A stretch of DNA of 64,000 nucleotides from the NCBI RefSeq assembly GCF_036321535.1, contig NC_087447.1, positions 34,226,001 to 34,290,000 on the forward strand, in the 5' to 3' direction. Source of the DNA: Camelus dromedarius. Its lineage: Eukaryota. The translations under genes and the position numbers were made by a program. Positions 24,787 through 38,925 of this stretch are shown here, piece after piece; position 1 is the stretch's first letter; each line of letters starts with the position of its first letter. Below the pieces are notes generated by a model, which saw only the letters and a program-made list of their open reading frames with translations, had not been told where the DNA came from and did not search any database.

Positions 24787-27700
24787 TTACAGGGACTGAA
24801 TGACATAATTCAGCTACACGCAGCAAGTCCTGAGTAAATAACTATGATTACCCCAAGAAAAACTGGACCTCCTGCTTCCCCATCTCTGAACACCTGCCAC
24901 CCTCCCACCCTGCCCCCCCGCAGCCTGAGTGCCTCCACCTGGGGTCACCCAGCAAAACTCCATTCCGATGCCAGACCCTTCATGAAGTCACTCTCGATTT
25001 CCTGACTGCATCCTGAGCTACGCATGATGCAGAGACTGCAGAGAATGTGTCCGCTGGCACCACCTCCTCCCGCCACCATCAGATTTTAGCAGAGACCGTG
25101 TCTCGCCCATCTCTGCCGCACAGAGGAGCCTCTCACAGAGTGGGCACACGGCAGGAGGTGTGTAAGTGGCTGCTGGAGTTGAGCTAAACAGAGAAAAAGG
25201 GCAAATCCTTGGGAAACTGATTACATCGGAGACTTAATGTGAGCTCTCAGCGTGTTCTCAAACCAGGATCTCAAATTCCTTTATTGATTGAAAAGAGGAA
25301 GGAATCCAGAAAATAAATCACTCCATAGCTTAAGCTCATTAATCAGGACCCACTCAACAAGAATCATTAATTATCTGGAGTTTCCTCTCCCCTCCCTTCC
25401 CCCAGCTCTTGACTGTTTGAAGAAGTGAGTCACAAGAAAACACCTAGATTTATTTTAATACAGTTTTCACAGGCCATGCTAACCACTGACATAATTCAGC
25501 CCCATCCCTCTCACTCGCTTTTTGAGTAGTTCATGCAGTGAATACCACCGTTCCAGGGAGCAACTTTGGAAAATAAACTCACAGTATCCTTAGTCACAGA
25601 CCGACTCCGTCAGGTTCAGGAACGCAACAAGAATGGAGCAGTTTGTGCTGGAAAGCTTTTAAGCAAGGGCTAAAGCATGCAGGGCTTCCTCTCTAAGCCT
25701 CAGGTGTCCAGAATCCATTTCTCCAGAGTCTCTCCTTCCTCAGAGTCCTGAAGACTGAGGGCTGCTGTCGCTTTTACCCTGGAGCCCTCTGATCCCTGAC
25801 TGGTCAACTTTTAGTAGAACTGGGTAAGACAAAGAAACACACACAGTTCTAGAAAGGAACAGAACCACCAATCCCTACTCACAACTGCAAATCATCAAAT
25901 CATTCCAGAGAGAAGATTCTAGAGGGAAAGGCTCTAGAATCATTTCACACTAGTATCTGAAGGAATCTTTCCCACTCTGATCCATCTCACTGAGTTTACC
26001 ACTCTCCCCACCCCCTCCAACGGGAGACCCAGCGCTTCAGAAGTGCTCAGTGAAGGAAAGGAGCTGCTGTCAAAAGAAAAAAGGGGGAAGGAAGATGATG
26101 ACAGCTAAAGAGCGAGTTCGTTTTGATTCACTTTATTACCCCTGACAGAATTTCAAGGAGTGTGTCATTTGTTTGCCTACAGCTCCACATCATTCCATAT
26201 CAAACAGGCTGAAATCAAAGAGGGAAAGTCTTGACAGATCAACTGAAGTAAAGAATCTGATTATTAATTGTAACAACTGATAAATATTGCACTAAGGGGG
26301 ATGTTGCTAAGTTTATACTGCAATTAGCCCTCAAAAGAATGGGGGTGGGTAGCTCTAAAGAAGGAACTTCCCCCAAAATTCCAAAAAATAACTGCACCCG
26401 AAGTTGTTGCCCTGACAACCACTCTAAATCCAGACTGACAGCCGGGCAGCCCGATGGATCCAGAAGGCAGCACATTAGGACGGCCGTTCCAGGAGGAAAA
26501 GATTTGCAATGTATCCCTTAGCAGGAAATGACAGTGTGAAGATGAAAGATTCAAGTAAGCCAGTCTTTTAGCATCTGAGGTGGTTTCCAGTCCATCAGTT
26601 GTAAAGAGGACATTACAGTTTGGCTTCTACTCAAGAGGTCTTGCTCTAGACTTTGGTGACATCACCAGTATCATACAGTTTCTATGACTGAGCAGTGTGT
26701 GGTCAAATTCATTCTGACTGTTCTGAAGTACGAAAATGATGCTGCAACAATATTATAGCGTGTTCACCCCGTACACAAAGAATATCACGAAGAATGATTA
26801 TTCAATTATTCATAGTTTGAATTAAATCAAAATGCACCGTTTGTAATTATGGGCAAAGCTGGTGACACATTCACCTCTGCATCCCCAGCAGCTAATAAGG
26901 AGCCAGGTACCTACCCCACAGGTGGCCACACGTCCAAAGAAACTTTTAACTGCCTGGGGTGCAGTGAGGGGCCTGAAGTTAGCTGGCAGCTTTTTTCCAC
27001 TTCTGCTCTCTCCTCACCAGAGTCTAATATATCCTCTCTTGATTAAAACCACTGCTCTGAAACATTCAAATGGGTGAAACAGTGTCCCCAGCCCTAGACA
27101 TTGGGGAAAAAAAGGGGGAGCACAGAGCAGTCAATCTTTTGCTCAAGGCCACACAGCATAGCAGGAGCTGGGCCTTAACACTCCCCCTACTCCCTGGTTT
27201 CTCAAAGGAAGAGTCCAGTTCTGCCCAGTCTCCCTGGTCCTCACTACATGCCCACCCTGGAGGACAATGACTCTCTTCCATCCCCATCTTTGCCATCTCC
27301 CGACACATTACTCAGGTCATTTGTGGTTTTCCGTCAACCACGGTAACCGTACGGCAGTGTGTCTGCAGTCTTCAGAGCTGGCGTGGACCAGGGCTGAGAT
27401 CTGGCTTGCGTCTCACCAGCCAGGTGGCCCACGGTGAGTCAGGGCCCACCGAGCATGGGTGCCTTCACTCATGTGGGGGTGATATGCAGGAGTGCTTTAC
27501 AGACAAACTGAAAGCATATATGCGAGTGGTTAACACAGTGCCTGGAGCACAGTAATGAGTAAGTGGTGGCTATTAACAAATTAATAAACATGGCTAAGTT
27601 TGAGGGGAATAAGTCATTCTAGATTGCTGAGCGCTTACAGTTCTGAAAGCCACACAATTTTTAAGTAAGTCCATTGGGAATCCTTCCCAAGTGGATTAAC

Positions 27701-28609
27701 CTGACCTCTGCTTTTTAAATTAAGCCAAGTCCATGTTTTCTCGAGGACCCAAAGACATCACCATAAGTAACAGCATTTTGATGCATACAAGGATGCCTTT
27801 AGGGCTGTGGAGTTGCTGGACTGTCTTTAAAAGACCCCAGAGTCCTTTAAAATTGGGTGTAAAGTTAAAGGAAGTACTGTTCAAGCAAGAGCCTTGATAG
27901 GACACTTCCGTCAATGAAAATACCTAGTAGAACGTCCGCGGCACCCCTCTGAGCTGCTCTGAGGTTAAGGAGGGAAGGATTTTTGGCTCTCAGCTGCTTT
28001 CCAGACAGGTAAGGCTGCTAAAAGGCTGGGCTCCAGGAGCACAGAGATGTGACAAAGTTTTGTATCTCCCACCCAAGCACATGCAGAACAGTCCCGCCAG
28101 CTCTCGCTCTCAACAGCACTTTAATAACATGGTTCACAGGAGCTTGTTTATACAAAGGAGTATACATCCCTGTTGGGACCCAGACAATAGCATCAGGGAA
28201 GGGAGGAGCCCACTGCCAGTTTTTCTCCCGTTTGACTGCCAGTAACCTTCTTGCCTGCACAACAACCAAAGATCCACCCTGACACCCTCCCGTATGTATG
28301 TTTTTGTTCTGAAGGGATGTGCTCAGGTGGCACACACTGCAAATGACGGGAGGAGGGGCAGGGCTTCTAGCTAATCTGGATCTCCATCTTGCTCTCTCCC
28401 TACTGGCACTGCCCTTCCTCCTCCTTTACTTCTGAATGATAACAAGTCAAGTTAAGGTGCTTAGAGCCCCAGGCACACCTTGGTGCACTGAGCAAACATT
28501 GCCCAAGAACCTGCTGGTTCTGGGGTCCTGCTTCTGCTGCAGTCTTGTGTAGGACGGTAACTACCATCAGCCAAATTTTATGATGAATTGATAAAGAGAT
28601 GCCTTCTAG

Positions 28610-29000
28610 AGTCAGACTGCTTAGGTTCCAGATATGCCTCAACCACTTCCTGGCAGAGTTACCCTGGGCAAGTTCTTTCAACTGTATCTCAGCCTCAGTT
28701 GCATCATCTGTAAAGTGGATCGACTACCTATTCTGGTGAGACTGAAACGAGATCATCTAACAAGGCGCAGCGCACAGTAAGGGCACACAGTATGTTCATG
28801 CTGATCATTATGACCACAAAGTCGATGACATGCCATGTGAACACTTTGCAAACAATGCCTTCCTTTAGTTCCCAACTCACTTGTGAGCAAGGTATTATTC
28901 CCATTTCATAGATGAGCAAATAGAGGCTCTCAGAGGTGAAATGACTTTCCCAATGTAACACAAGTGTGCAGCATTTGGAAGCAGTAACTTGGGCCCCCAA
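28610..29000. mobile_element. Tail-to-tail MIR pair
   Basis: Plus-strand core (gcctcagttgcatcatctgtaaagtgg) and minus-strand core (cccatttcatagatgagcaaatagaggctc). Confidence 0.75.
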
Positions 29001-30694
29001 CGATGCTACACTGCTCCTCAGAGGCCCACAGAGACCCGCCAGCCACAAAAGGGTATGCGTCAGGGCCATGTGGGGAAAGCAGCAAGAGAGAGCAAGGTTC
29101 CCTGCACCACAGCTACCAGTGTCACCTGCTCCTGTCCCTGGGGACAGAGCTGGCCGCTTGTCACTCATGACAAACATCCAAAAGAGGGGCTGACACTTTC
29201 CCATGTCACCAAAGCATAAAGCAAACACCATTTCACAACAGGGTCACTATCGCAAAGATAAAAATGCCAATATAACAGGAGTTACTAGTGCAGGGCTGCG
29301 CACAAATGGAAAATGTTCGGGAGGAAAGTCCCCCAGTTCCTCCAGCCTGAGGTGGGCAAGGCTGGCCTGCGAAGGGTCCCATGGTCACACAATGGTGGCA
29401 TTGTCTGCTGGGAACACCCACCAGCACCAGATCTGTGTGCACTGCAACTCCGGAGGTTTTGAAACTGTGCCTCGAGAAAAATACACCAGGCTGATGAATG
29501 TGCCGCGAGGGACTGTGAGATCTTTAGGATAAGCACACAGGAGCCTGCTTACCCCACACCTTGGGTTGACTCACCTACGATGTCTCAGATGCCCCTTTCC
29601 TGCACTCTGTCCCCCAGGATAGGCTCTGCTTTGCACCACACTTCACAGGTCCTTTAACCCTTGTTTCTGCACTGATCGCCACCACCCACACACAAGGGGG
29701 GATGTGCTTCTGCTGAAGGCCTACTGTGTGCCAGACATTTGATACCTGTGATATCACCTACAACCTCTCCCCACTGGAGTGACAGCTCTTGGAGAACAGA
29801 AATTCTTATCTGTTTCACACACCGATTTTTTCCCAACATGCAATTTAGTACCTGGCACATAGTAGGTGCTCACTAAACATCTGCTGAATCCATGAATCAT
29901 TCCCATTTTACATCTGGAAAACAGAGGCTCTAAAAGCTTAAGAAATGTACACGGGTTAACACAGCTAATAAAAGGTGATGCTCCATTTGACCCAGGCAGC
30001 TGGGTCCTGCAGCTACCAGCTCTCACAACAAATGTGTAGCCAGGTCTCCTGAGGGCGTCCCTGCAGAATCAAATAAGGCCAAGTGAGGATGAAGACTATC
30101 ACTGGTGGCTTCAGAATAAAATCCAGTTCCCCTCTGCAGTACTCTCACTCACCTACTCCAAGATCTACATAACATCTGACCACGAAGTCTAGCGTTTCTA
30201 AGAAAGGCAAATGTCAGAGCCCAAGTGCAATTTCAAGTGTTTTCTCTCCCTCCCTGTGTTCATTAGAGACTGACTAATTAGATACATTCTTCTTCCAAGT
30301 GCTTCCTCTGTGGCTGTGATGGGAATCAGGTCCCTCCCGGCGGGCTCAGAGAGGGGAGAAGCATGCTCTTTCAACAGCAAACATTCCCAAACCTAGCCAG
30401 AGCTCGTGAGAGCTACCTGGCAGGCGACCACACCTGAGGGGCTGCTGACCACCTGGGCAATACTACAGACCTCCCTCTGGTCTGGTCAGGAACTGAACTT
30501 CGAAGTGTTAGCCTCCCTCCAGTCCTCCAAACCTCCACAGCTGCCCTCATCTGCAGACTGCACGGAAAGGGATGCCCGCCACTCTGCCTCTCGGTCACCC
30601 TGGTCCACCCTGAATGCCTCAGCTTAGCCCTCTAGGCACAGGCACAGGCTCTCCAGGATTTGGCTTCACTGAGTCCAGGCAAGACCTTGGAGTC

Positions 30695-30980
30695 CTGGGT
30701 AACCTGTGGCAGGTTGCTTAACCTCTTTGAATCTCAGTTCCCTCTTCAAAGGCTTGTTGAATGCATAAAGTGAAATATTAGACCTCAGGGATCTCACACA
30801 TGTTTGGACACAGTATGCCAAGGCTTTGTGATCTTGGGCAAACCACCCCTCTCTGAGCCTCAGCTTCCCCATCTGTAAAACGGAATAATAATCTATTATG
30901 TATTATGAAGACTAGTGTGAGAACTAAATGAGGATGTAAAGTGCTTAGCACAGTGCTTGGCACATAGGTGGGACTTTAAG
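30695..30980 (+). mobile_element. MIR (main copy 30820-30980, preceded by a second partial core)
   Basis: gtgatcttgggcaaacc...gagcctcagcttccccatctgtaaaacgg...aaagtgcttagcacagtgcttggcacatag. Confidence 0.8.
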
Positions 30981-31756
30981 TGTTAGTTTCCTCTCCTGCC
31001 TCATCTCCATGGCCCCAACCCACAAATCCCTCCAGACCACCACTCACACCACGGGCTCTGGGCCACGTTAACCTTCACACCCTGCTGGTGGGTTTTCCAG
31101 TCTGGTGTGTCCTCTTTCACCCCTTCCATTTAGTAGGATGTTCTTTTCTAGAAATCAGCCCTGACTGCCAGGCTTCTCTCCCTTCTCTGAAATCCAACTA
31201 CACAACAATTAAATAAGCCCCTGGGCCCAGTCCCCCAATCTCTGTGCCTTTGCCCCGACTATGCTCTCTACCAGCAGTGCTGTCTCTACCCCACCACCTG
31301 GCAAATGCTGAGCTGGTGTCTTAAAACGCCACTCAATCCCTGTAAAGCCATTCCCAACTCACTGTCTCACTCCCAGCAGGATTTCTTTGTTCCTTCTTCT
31401 TGGCTCCAGAAACACTTCACACAATGCCTTCATCATGACCACTATAACCATCCACACCTCAACTGGGGGCTTCTCCAGAGTAGACAACAATAGTGAAACA
31501 CTAGCACAATGCCTGCCTCGCTGCGGGAGCTCAATAAACAAGCACTTATCGACCTACTGCAGGGTCAACAGGCAGATTGATGGAAGAGAAGTGGAGGGAC
31601 AGACCGGTGAATGTTCAGGTGGATGGAGAGATGGATGGATGAATGCATGGGATGGATCAGTCGATCTGTTCCCTTTCACTGCCTAGACCATGCATCTTTT
31701 AAACCAGTTGTAGCACAGGGCACAGAACAGGCATTGGCAAGTAACACTTTGCTGTG

Positions 31757-31758
<2 letters not shown>

Positions 31759-31808
<50 letters not shown>
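31759..31808. repeat. (AC)25 microsatellite
   Basis: Perfect dinucleotide run. Confidence 0.98.
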
Positions 31809-31809
<1 letters not shown>

Positions 31810-31902
31810 ACCCCAGCGCGGGCTTGTACAGCTTAAGAGAGTTGATTCTTAAACTTTTGGGAAATTTGTGAGTTAGTTGTTAAACAGTCCTTAATTATAA
31901 AG

Positions 31903-31977
31903 CAATTATCAGAAAGAAAAATTAAGAAAACAATCTCATTTACAATTGTATCAAAAAGAATACAATACCAAAGAATG
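31903..31977 (+). mobile_element. Isolated L1 ORF2 internal fragment
   Basis: Translates as QLSERKIKKTISFTIVSKRIQY, resembling the L1 RT segment ...PFTIASKRIKYLG. Confidence 0.75.
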
Positions 31978-32469
31978 AGTTTTCATCTTTGGGCAGTTGT
32001 TTTCTGGTTGGTCGACTCTGCCTTACAAGATTGGCCTAAGTTTATTCTAAATATTTTCTGAAAGGACTAAAAGGATCTGAACGATTAGACATCCTGATCT
32101 CGCTAGAGTTGTCTTCTGAGGTGATTCTGAATCCCAAGAGACCAGTTTATTTTGTAATTGTAATCCCCAATTACAGTTACAGAATTTCAATGATAGAGGA
32201 ATCTCTGGTGATCTGATACAACCCTAAATTTATAGTTGAAGAAGATGAGGCCAATTTCAATGAAATTACTTTTAGGTTCTCCCCAAACCTAAATATGTGG
32301 CATTTTATGGATCTAAAAATAAATATATATATATCCAGTAAATCATCCATGAGGTTATAATAAAAAATACATGAAGCAGATAAAAATGTGCTCTTTGTAT
32401 GACAAAACTGAACTTAGAAAATTAAACATTCTAAAAAAAAATTCAATCTAAAATTGTTTAACATCCCTT

Positions 32470-32732
32470 TTCCAATTTTATTGTGATTTAATTTACATAT
32501 ATTTTCATTTGCACATATTTACAATGTACAATTTGATTGGTCCTGCCTATTTAAACCCATGAAATTATCACCACAATCAAGGTAACAAACATTTCTACCA
32601 GCCCCCAAAACTTCCTTACAATCCTTTCTAATCCAGTCCTCACTCTACTACTGTTCTAAGACTAACACTGATCTGCTTTACATCATTAAATATTCACTCG
32701 GGCTTTCTGAACTGTATATACATAGAATTATA
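32470..32732 (-). mobile_element. L1MB-like 3' end
   Basis: ttttattgtgatttaatttacata...acccatgaaattatcaccacaatcaagg...aacatttctaccagcccccaaaa...cactgatctgcttt. Confidence 0.75.
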
Positions 32733-35700
32733 TTTTTAAAAATTTAAATTATATAAACTTACAATTTTAAAGGTGGTAAGAAATATTCAGAACTCTTCAC
32801 CTCCTAATTATCTTCCTATAGTTTAATGTAAGTTATGCTTTTGAGATGATTACATCTATTACATGTATATGAAATAGTATAAAATGGTATTACTACTGCA
32901 CATCGCTTGCCAACTGTGTTGAGAGATGTCACATTTGGTAGAAGGACAGCAGCCCAGGTAGGAGGATTTACCTCCGAAATCAGCAAGTGCTACCTACCAA
33001 TTGTGAGCCCACAGCCAACTGCCGCTAGGCACACACAGGTGAGACAGGGAAAAAGATGTTCCTTATCCCCCACCCCCACCACTGTGGAGGAGGTTTCTTT
33101 TGTTACATAAAATAATGGGTATGGTATGCAAATTTAGGGGAATGCAAACTGAGCTAAATAAAATGTTTGCATCAGAAAAAGAGGATCCAGGGAGAGAAAG
33201 AAAGAAGTCTGGAGCCAGAATGACTGGGAAGCAAAGAGGCTGGGGAGGAGGGAGAAGCCCCCAAGGCCAGATCGAGGGGCATTTACTGAAGCTGTACATG
33301 ATCCAAACTCTCCCCTGGGAAATCTTCAATAAAATTCATATTCTTACCAGTGCTTTCTAGGGCAAGTGGAATCCTTCTTAGGAAGGCAGAGAGGTGCCAA
33401 GTCCTGCTTCCCAGTGGGTGAAGCGACAGGAGAGACAGAGCCAGAGCCACGATTAGGTTACTCCTGGTCAAGAGTGATGAGGTTATGCGCGGAACAAGCA
33501 GGTGGATGACGAATTCCCAATATTCCTATGCAGCACCCCACAGGGCACTTGGTGTCAGGCACTCACTCAAGGAGTGCTGGCCAAAAGGCCCTCTTACCTG
33601 CCTCATCCCTCCTCCTGCACAAGCTGCCTGGATTCTGGCATTGGTCTCCCAAATATTTATGGTCAGCAAGCTGCCCCGCCTCTTCCTGCCCCCCACGCTG
33701 ATTTCACCACCCACCGAGGTATCCCAGCTGGCCCTGCTTGGAATGCTTACCCATTCCCAGGCCCCATCCCAGCCAGACCCTGGTATCAAAGCTCACCTGA
33801 CCCACATTCCATTCCATGGGGCTTCTTAGGTCCCATATATGCAGCTCTGCCAGGGATGGCCCAGTGAGTCACTGCTCCCAGCTAACATTTACATTCCCAA
33901 TGGAATCCTCAATGTTTTACCGCCAGGAGAGGGATATGAGGAAAGGCAATCACTCTGGCAAGCTTGGGAGAGAGGGTTTTGGGATTCTGTTTGTTTTTAA
34001 TAGTAAAAGAGATTTTAGGGCCCAATCAGATTACTGAAGGTGAGTGGCTATATGAAAGCTATAAAAAGCACATTGCTTATTAAAATATACAACCCCCAGG
34101 ACAAACTATGTGCAGTCTTGCTAATCATCTGAGGATGCTCCCTTACCTAGGAAACCTGAGTAGTGGATGACAGTTTAAGGATTTTCCCTGGGTCAGGATT
34201 CTGGAGAAGATTATGCAGCTGAAGCCAACTGACTCATCAGGGAGAAGCAGATCCAGGGAGGACCACAAGCAGGGGGGAGGGGGCAGTCCCTTTTCTTGCA
34301 TGAGTGGCTGTGACTGAAAGCAAGGCGGCAGCAGGGGGCGGTGCTGCTCTGGTTCCACCAGAGGTGGAATGCCTGAGGGGCCCCAGAAAATAAATGGGGT
34401 CCCATGTCTCCCTACTTTCCCCTTCTTCCAACAGGTTTCTGGTTGGCTGTAAGGGATAACATCCGTGAACCCTCTGAACTGTATCTTAGTGACAAGGAGA
34501 AAATGTGTGGTGGTTATGCGTGTGAAGTGTGATCTGGGATTAAATCCGGGCTTCACCTCTGAATGTACCCAAATCCAGGCAAGTCATGTAAATGCAAGCT
34601 CAGTTTCTCCTTCTGTAAAATGGAGATACACCAATGGCATCTCGTGCACAAACACATTAAGGACTGATGAGGAAGAAACGGGCAGCACCTGTGAGCCCAC
34701 ATGCCCAAGTACCCAGTGAGGGGTAATGATGCTTATTAAGGAAGGTCCAGGTGCTCCAAGTCAGTGGGCCCAGGGGCACCTTGGCAGGTCTGAGATCCTC
34801 AAAATGGTCAGAGGAAAATAAAATGGCAGAGAGCTTCATCCTACTGGGCAGAGAGGCCCTAGGCCTGGCAAAGACACTGCTGGGCCATTTGTGGGGAAGC
34901 TGTGTGACCAAGATTTAAAAATGTCTGGAGGTAGGCAGTTCCCAGCAGAGGCTGGTGTTGCCCTGCCCCAGGAAACGCTGCCCTGCTCCTTCCCCCAGCC
35001 TCCTTCCTTTCTCAGCAACTCCATGGCCAAGAGACTTGGCCACAGTGGAAGTCGTTGTGCCCCGGGCCCCTCTCCAGCCCAGGTGTCAGAGCTCTCAGGC
35101 CTGGGGAATCTCAGGGGCTTTGTGTTTTGTATTTTTATAATAGGCTTTTACTAGGAAGACTACCAGATACCGAGCTGGCACCCAGGAAAGAAGGGGCGTC
35201 TACCCTACCCGGGGGACAACCTGGCCCAGAGCACAAAAGAACGACTTGCACAAAGATACTGTTTCTTCTACAAAGTCCTGGAAGAAAGCCCCATTGATTC
35301 ATCTCAAGAAGAAGCATACATAAAGTCCTAACAGCCGCTCGGCCACCTCCTCCCATCTGCAGTGTGTATCATTTATAAAGCTCTTCTGCAGATACAATCT
35401 CATCTGAGCCACACCACAAACCTGGGAAAAACGGGAGATGGCCGCATTCTCCCCGCTTCATAGGTGAGGAAAGGGAGAGCTCGGCTGGTAGAAGATTAAC
35501 ATCAGCACTGTAGCCCAGGTATCCTAACTCAGTTCAGCCACCTAGGGTCAACTGGTTCAAACCCCAAGCGAAGTCATTGGCTGGCTGTGATGGGGAGGAA
35601 GTTTTATGATGAAACTGGAGGGAGTCTTCTCTTTCTCTGAGAAAATAGGAATTCAAGTTCTATGTCTGTCCAGCCAGGCTCAGCAGGAGATGGAAATCCC

Positions 35701-38394
35701 CAGGCAGCACGTGAGATGTGTTCACCGAAGCTCAGAACCACATACCACAGCCTCCTCCTAATGTAATGCCTATTTTTAACACCCTACCTCAAAAGAAATT
35801 TCTTCCTTAGGGCAGTGAACCTAGATCCTGGAGCTAAAATATCATAGGAATAACCCAAAGACACCTCCATCAATCCCATTTGGCCTGAGCAGTACTAGAC
35901 GTCGAAAGCAAAAGACACATCAGTGTCCAATATCCCAGCAGCCCTCTACCTTTAACGAGCCAACATACACGGAACACGGAGACCATGAAAGAATGTAAAA
36001 TATCTGGAGGGCTTAATAAAGCAGCTCACATGGAAAATGGCCTCAAATCTGCATCAGAAAGATAGCTTCATGCAGGGAGTTCTTTCCTACATCATTCATA
36101 GCAACCCCATTCATATCCTTGCACATAAAAGGCAATACAGACTACCCACTCACCAAAGCAAACATTTTGGGGGCTTAAATATTTTACTATCAATCATTCC
36201 AAGGTCAGTTATACATGGTAATCATTAAACAGTTAAGAGAAATACATGCTTCCCTAGAAAATATGTCCTTACTACGCCTTATAACGTAACATTGCCTAGA
36301 AAGCTGGGCTGTGGGGAGGGGCAGGGATACCTTTTGGGAAGGGAGGATAAATTACGTGGCTTTTTGCTTGCTTAATTAAACAGCAAAGTGACTGTTATGA
36401 TTGTCAAACAGGAGCATCCCCTCTGCCACAAGCATTGGGACTGCCATCAGCCTAGGGTCACATTAACCGTCTCAAAGTGAAGGACACATAAAGGAAAAAG
36501 AAGTACATCTTGCCTTTTTGCTCTTGTGTTTCAGGTTCCCAAACGGATTCCCCACAATGAATGGAAAACCACAGAGGCAGCTGCTCTCTGGCTTGAAAGA
36601 TCCTGTCCAGGATGCCCAACCAGGGGTGGAGAAGGTCATCAGTGTCCTTCCTGGGCCATCTCTGGTCCCCTGGCATGGGAAATCACTTCACATTACCTCC
36701 CAAACAAACCCTTTCTGCGGTGCAGCCCTCTGGAGTCCTCCCTTGTATCTCTTCAAACCCTTAACAGAGGTCAGGCTTTCTCCCTTTGCACCTGCTGAAG
36801 CCTACAATTGAGAAAACAGACCAAGACCTGCTACACCTGTTGGCATCCATGACCCTCTGGATTGTTACATTTGGCTTATGCAACTCTGTTTTCCAGGCCA
36901 TCAACAACTTCCAGACAGATTGAGACTTGTCTACCTGTTCTAAAAATACACCACTGGGTCCCTACCCTGTGAGGACACAGGAAGCAAAAAGCAACAACCA
37001 GGGGGCAGTCAGCTGAGCGAAAGGCCCACTCAGAGCGCTCGTGGGTGCACCTGGCACAGACAATAAACTAGAAAATAAACACAAGCCCGATTCAAGCAAA
37101 CGTCATCATCTCTCCCCAGGGGCCCCTGCCAGCAGCCCTCCAGGTTGCTCACCACTTTATACTGGTCGCAGGAATCCCGACTCTGGCCCCGGGCAGGAAC
37201 CCACAAGCTGATGGCAATAGGCATGGCTCAACCCACAGCCCGTGGTCCCTGTAGTCAATGGCCTGCACTCTTTCCGGGTGTCCAGTTCAAAGCACTGCCG
37301 AAGTGTGTGAAGCCCCGAAGGTTAATTTTAGCTTAAGTCACGCTCCCGCTGTGGGCAGATGTTCTTACACGGGCCACCCCCCGAATAGCGGCAGCTTATG
37401 TTACCCCAACCCGCTGGGCGGCCCTCTGGCCCTCAGCCCCAACTCCAGGCTGCGGCAATTCTTCCATCTCCATCTCCCCCAGCACATTCTCTTCGCCCTC
37501 CAAAATAATCTGACTCTGTTTATATTTTCATGACACACTCGAGGGGAATAAATCACAGTTTCTTTGGCTGCCCTGGCCAACCAACCTGGGGAATCGCTCC
37601 CCCCTCGCCCATGCTTGGCAAAGGCTGGACAGGGAGGCTTGAGGCCAAGGAGCTGCACAGACGTCACCTGAACCAGGCAGCACAAGAGCGGAAGCCTGAT
37701 GTACTGTCATCCTCTGCAGGGGGCTTTTGAGAACCTTTGTCTAAGCCATTAGTTGCACGGTACCCTCCCGACAATCTCTTTATCAAAGGGAGGCACAAGG
37801 AGCCTACCCTTCCATTTCTCTGAAAGGCTGATGGAGAGGAATCTGCATGTTTCGCCCCAAAGGTCTCGCTCCTGCAAAGGAAGGGAGTGGGAGCATTTAT
37901 TGAACGTCGCAGAGGTTTTGAAAAGGCTCTCTGGGCATGTGCAGCCCCCGGATTCCAGATTCCAGCAAGTATAGACTTCAGGAGGAAGGGCGTTAGAAGC
38001 AGCCTATTTCAGGCAGGCCTCGCTTCCTGCTAAGCTCAGCAACTGGGACCTGGGAGCTTACTGAACCTGTTTGTGCCAGGGTTGCCTGCTAGACAGAATT
38101 TCTGATCTGCTCTCCAGATTGGCTTTTTCCAATGTGACAGGACCAGGGAAAGGCTATTGAAAAACCGAACAAATCCAGAGTGGCCTACTGTGATCTCCCA
38201 ACAGATTCCACAGCCTACAAACTTGCAGGCAAATCGCTGGTGTACACTGTTTGAGATAAGCATTCAGGCCACACCCAGAAACTGCTCCATGTAGAGTGCA
38301 ATGCAATGTCTTGCCCCACCTGAGGGCTACCTGTTACACACCCAAGGCATCCGAGGCCTCTCCTTCATAAGACACACTATGCTTGTAATGACTT

Positions 38395-38925
38395 CACTCA
38401 TTCAAGTATTTACTGAGCGTGAACTCCGAGGCAGGTGCTCCCCTAGGCTAGGAGGCAGCAGTGAATGAAAGTGCTCCACGGGGCTTTATTCTATGGAGGA
38501 TGACAAGTGGGAGAGACAAAATGGCAATAAACTAATCAGCAAGTTAGTATCAGAGAATGACAAATGCTATAAAAAATGCAACAGAATGGAGAGGAGTGGA
38601 GGGGTACTATCGATGGCAAGGAAATCAAGAATGGGCTCTCTAAGGAGCTGACGTTGAAATAGACACCTAACTGACAAGATGGTGGCAACCACGCAAAGAC
38701 TCAAGGCAGCGGTTGTCCCAGACCAGCACTTTCAGCATCACCTGGGAAACTTTTAGAAATATAGATCCTCAGGGCCCACTCCAGGCCTCTTCAGTCAGAG
38801 ACACTGAGATGGGGCCCCAGCTGTCTGGGTTTGAGCAAGCTCGCCAAGTGATTCTCGTGCACACCACACACTTTGGGACCCACCAGTCTAGAGGAAGAGC
38901 ATTTCAGGTGGAGGAATCTCTAAGT
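38395..38925 (-). mobile_element. L2 fragment interrupted by a MER5A-like MITE (38707-38886)
   Basis: Reversed L2 tail cactcattcaagtatttactgagc and MER5A motifs cagcatcacctgggaaacttttagaaat...gtgattct. Confidence 0.75.

Larger units (their letters stand above)
31815..33038 (+). mobile_element. MER63-like hAT transposon, split by an ~840-bp insertion (about 31901-32738)
   Basis: The left arm gagagttgattcttaaa...gtgagttagttgttaaacag and the right arm aaattatataaacttacaatt...cacctcctaattat...ctactgcacatcgcttgccaac are contiguous in the MER63 consensus as recalled. Confidence 0.65.

Noticed and set aside
28728..29536. 167-aa ORF and neighbouring ORFs
   Set aside because: Partly MIR-derived, with no recognisable homology.
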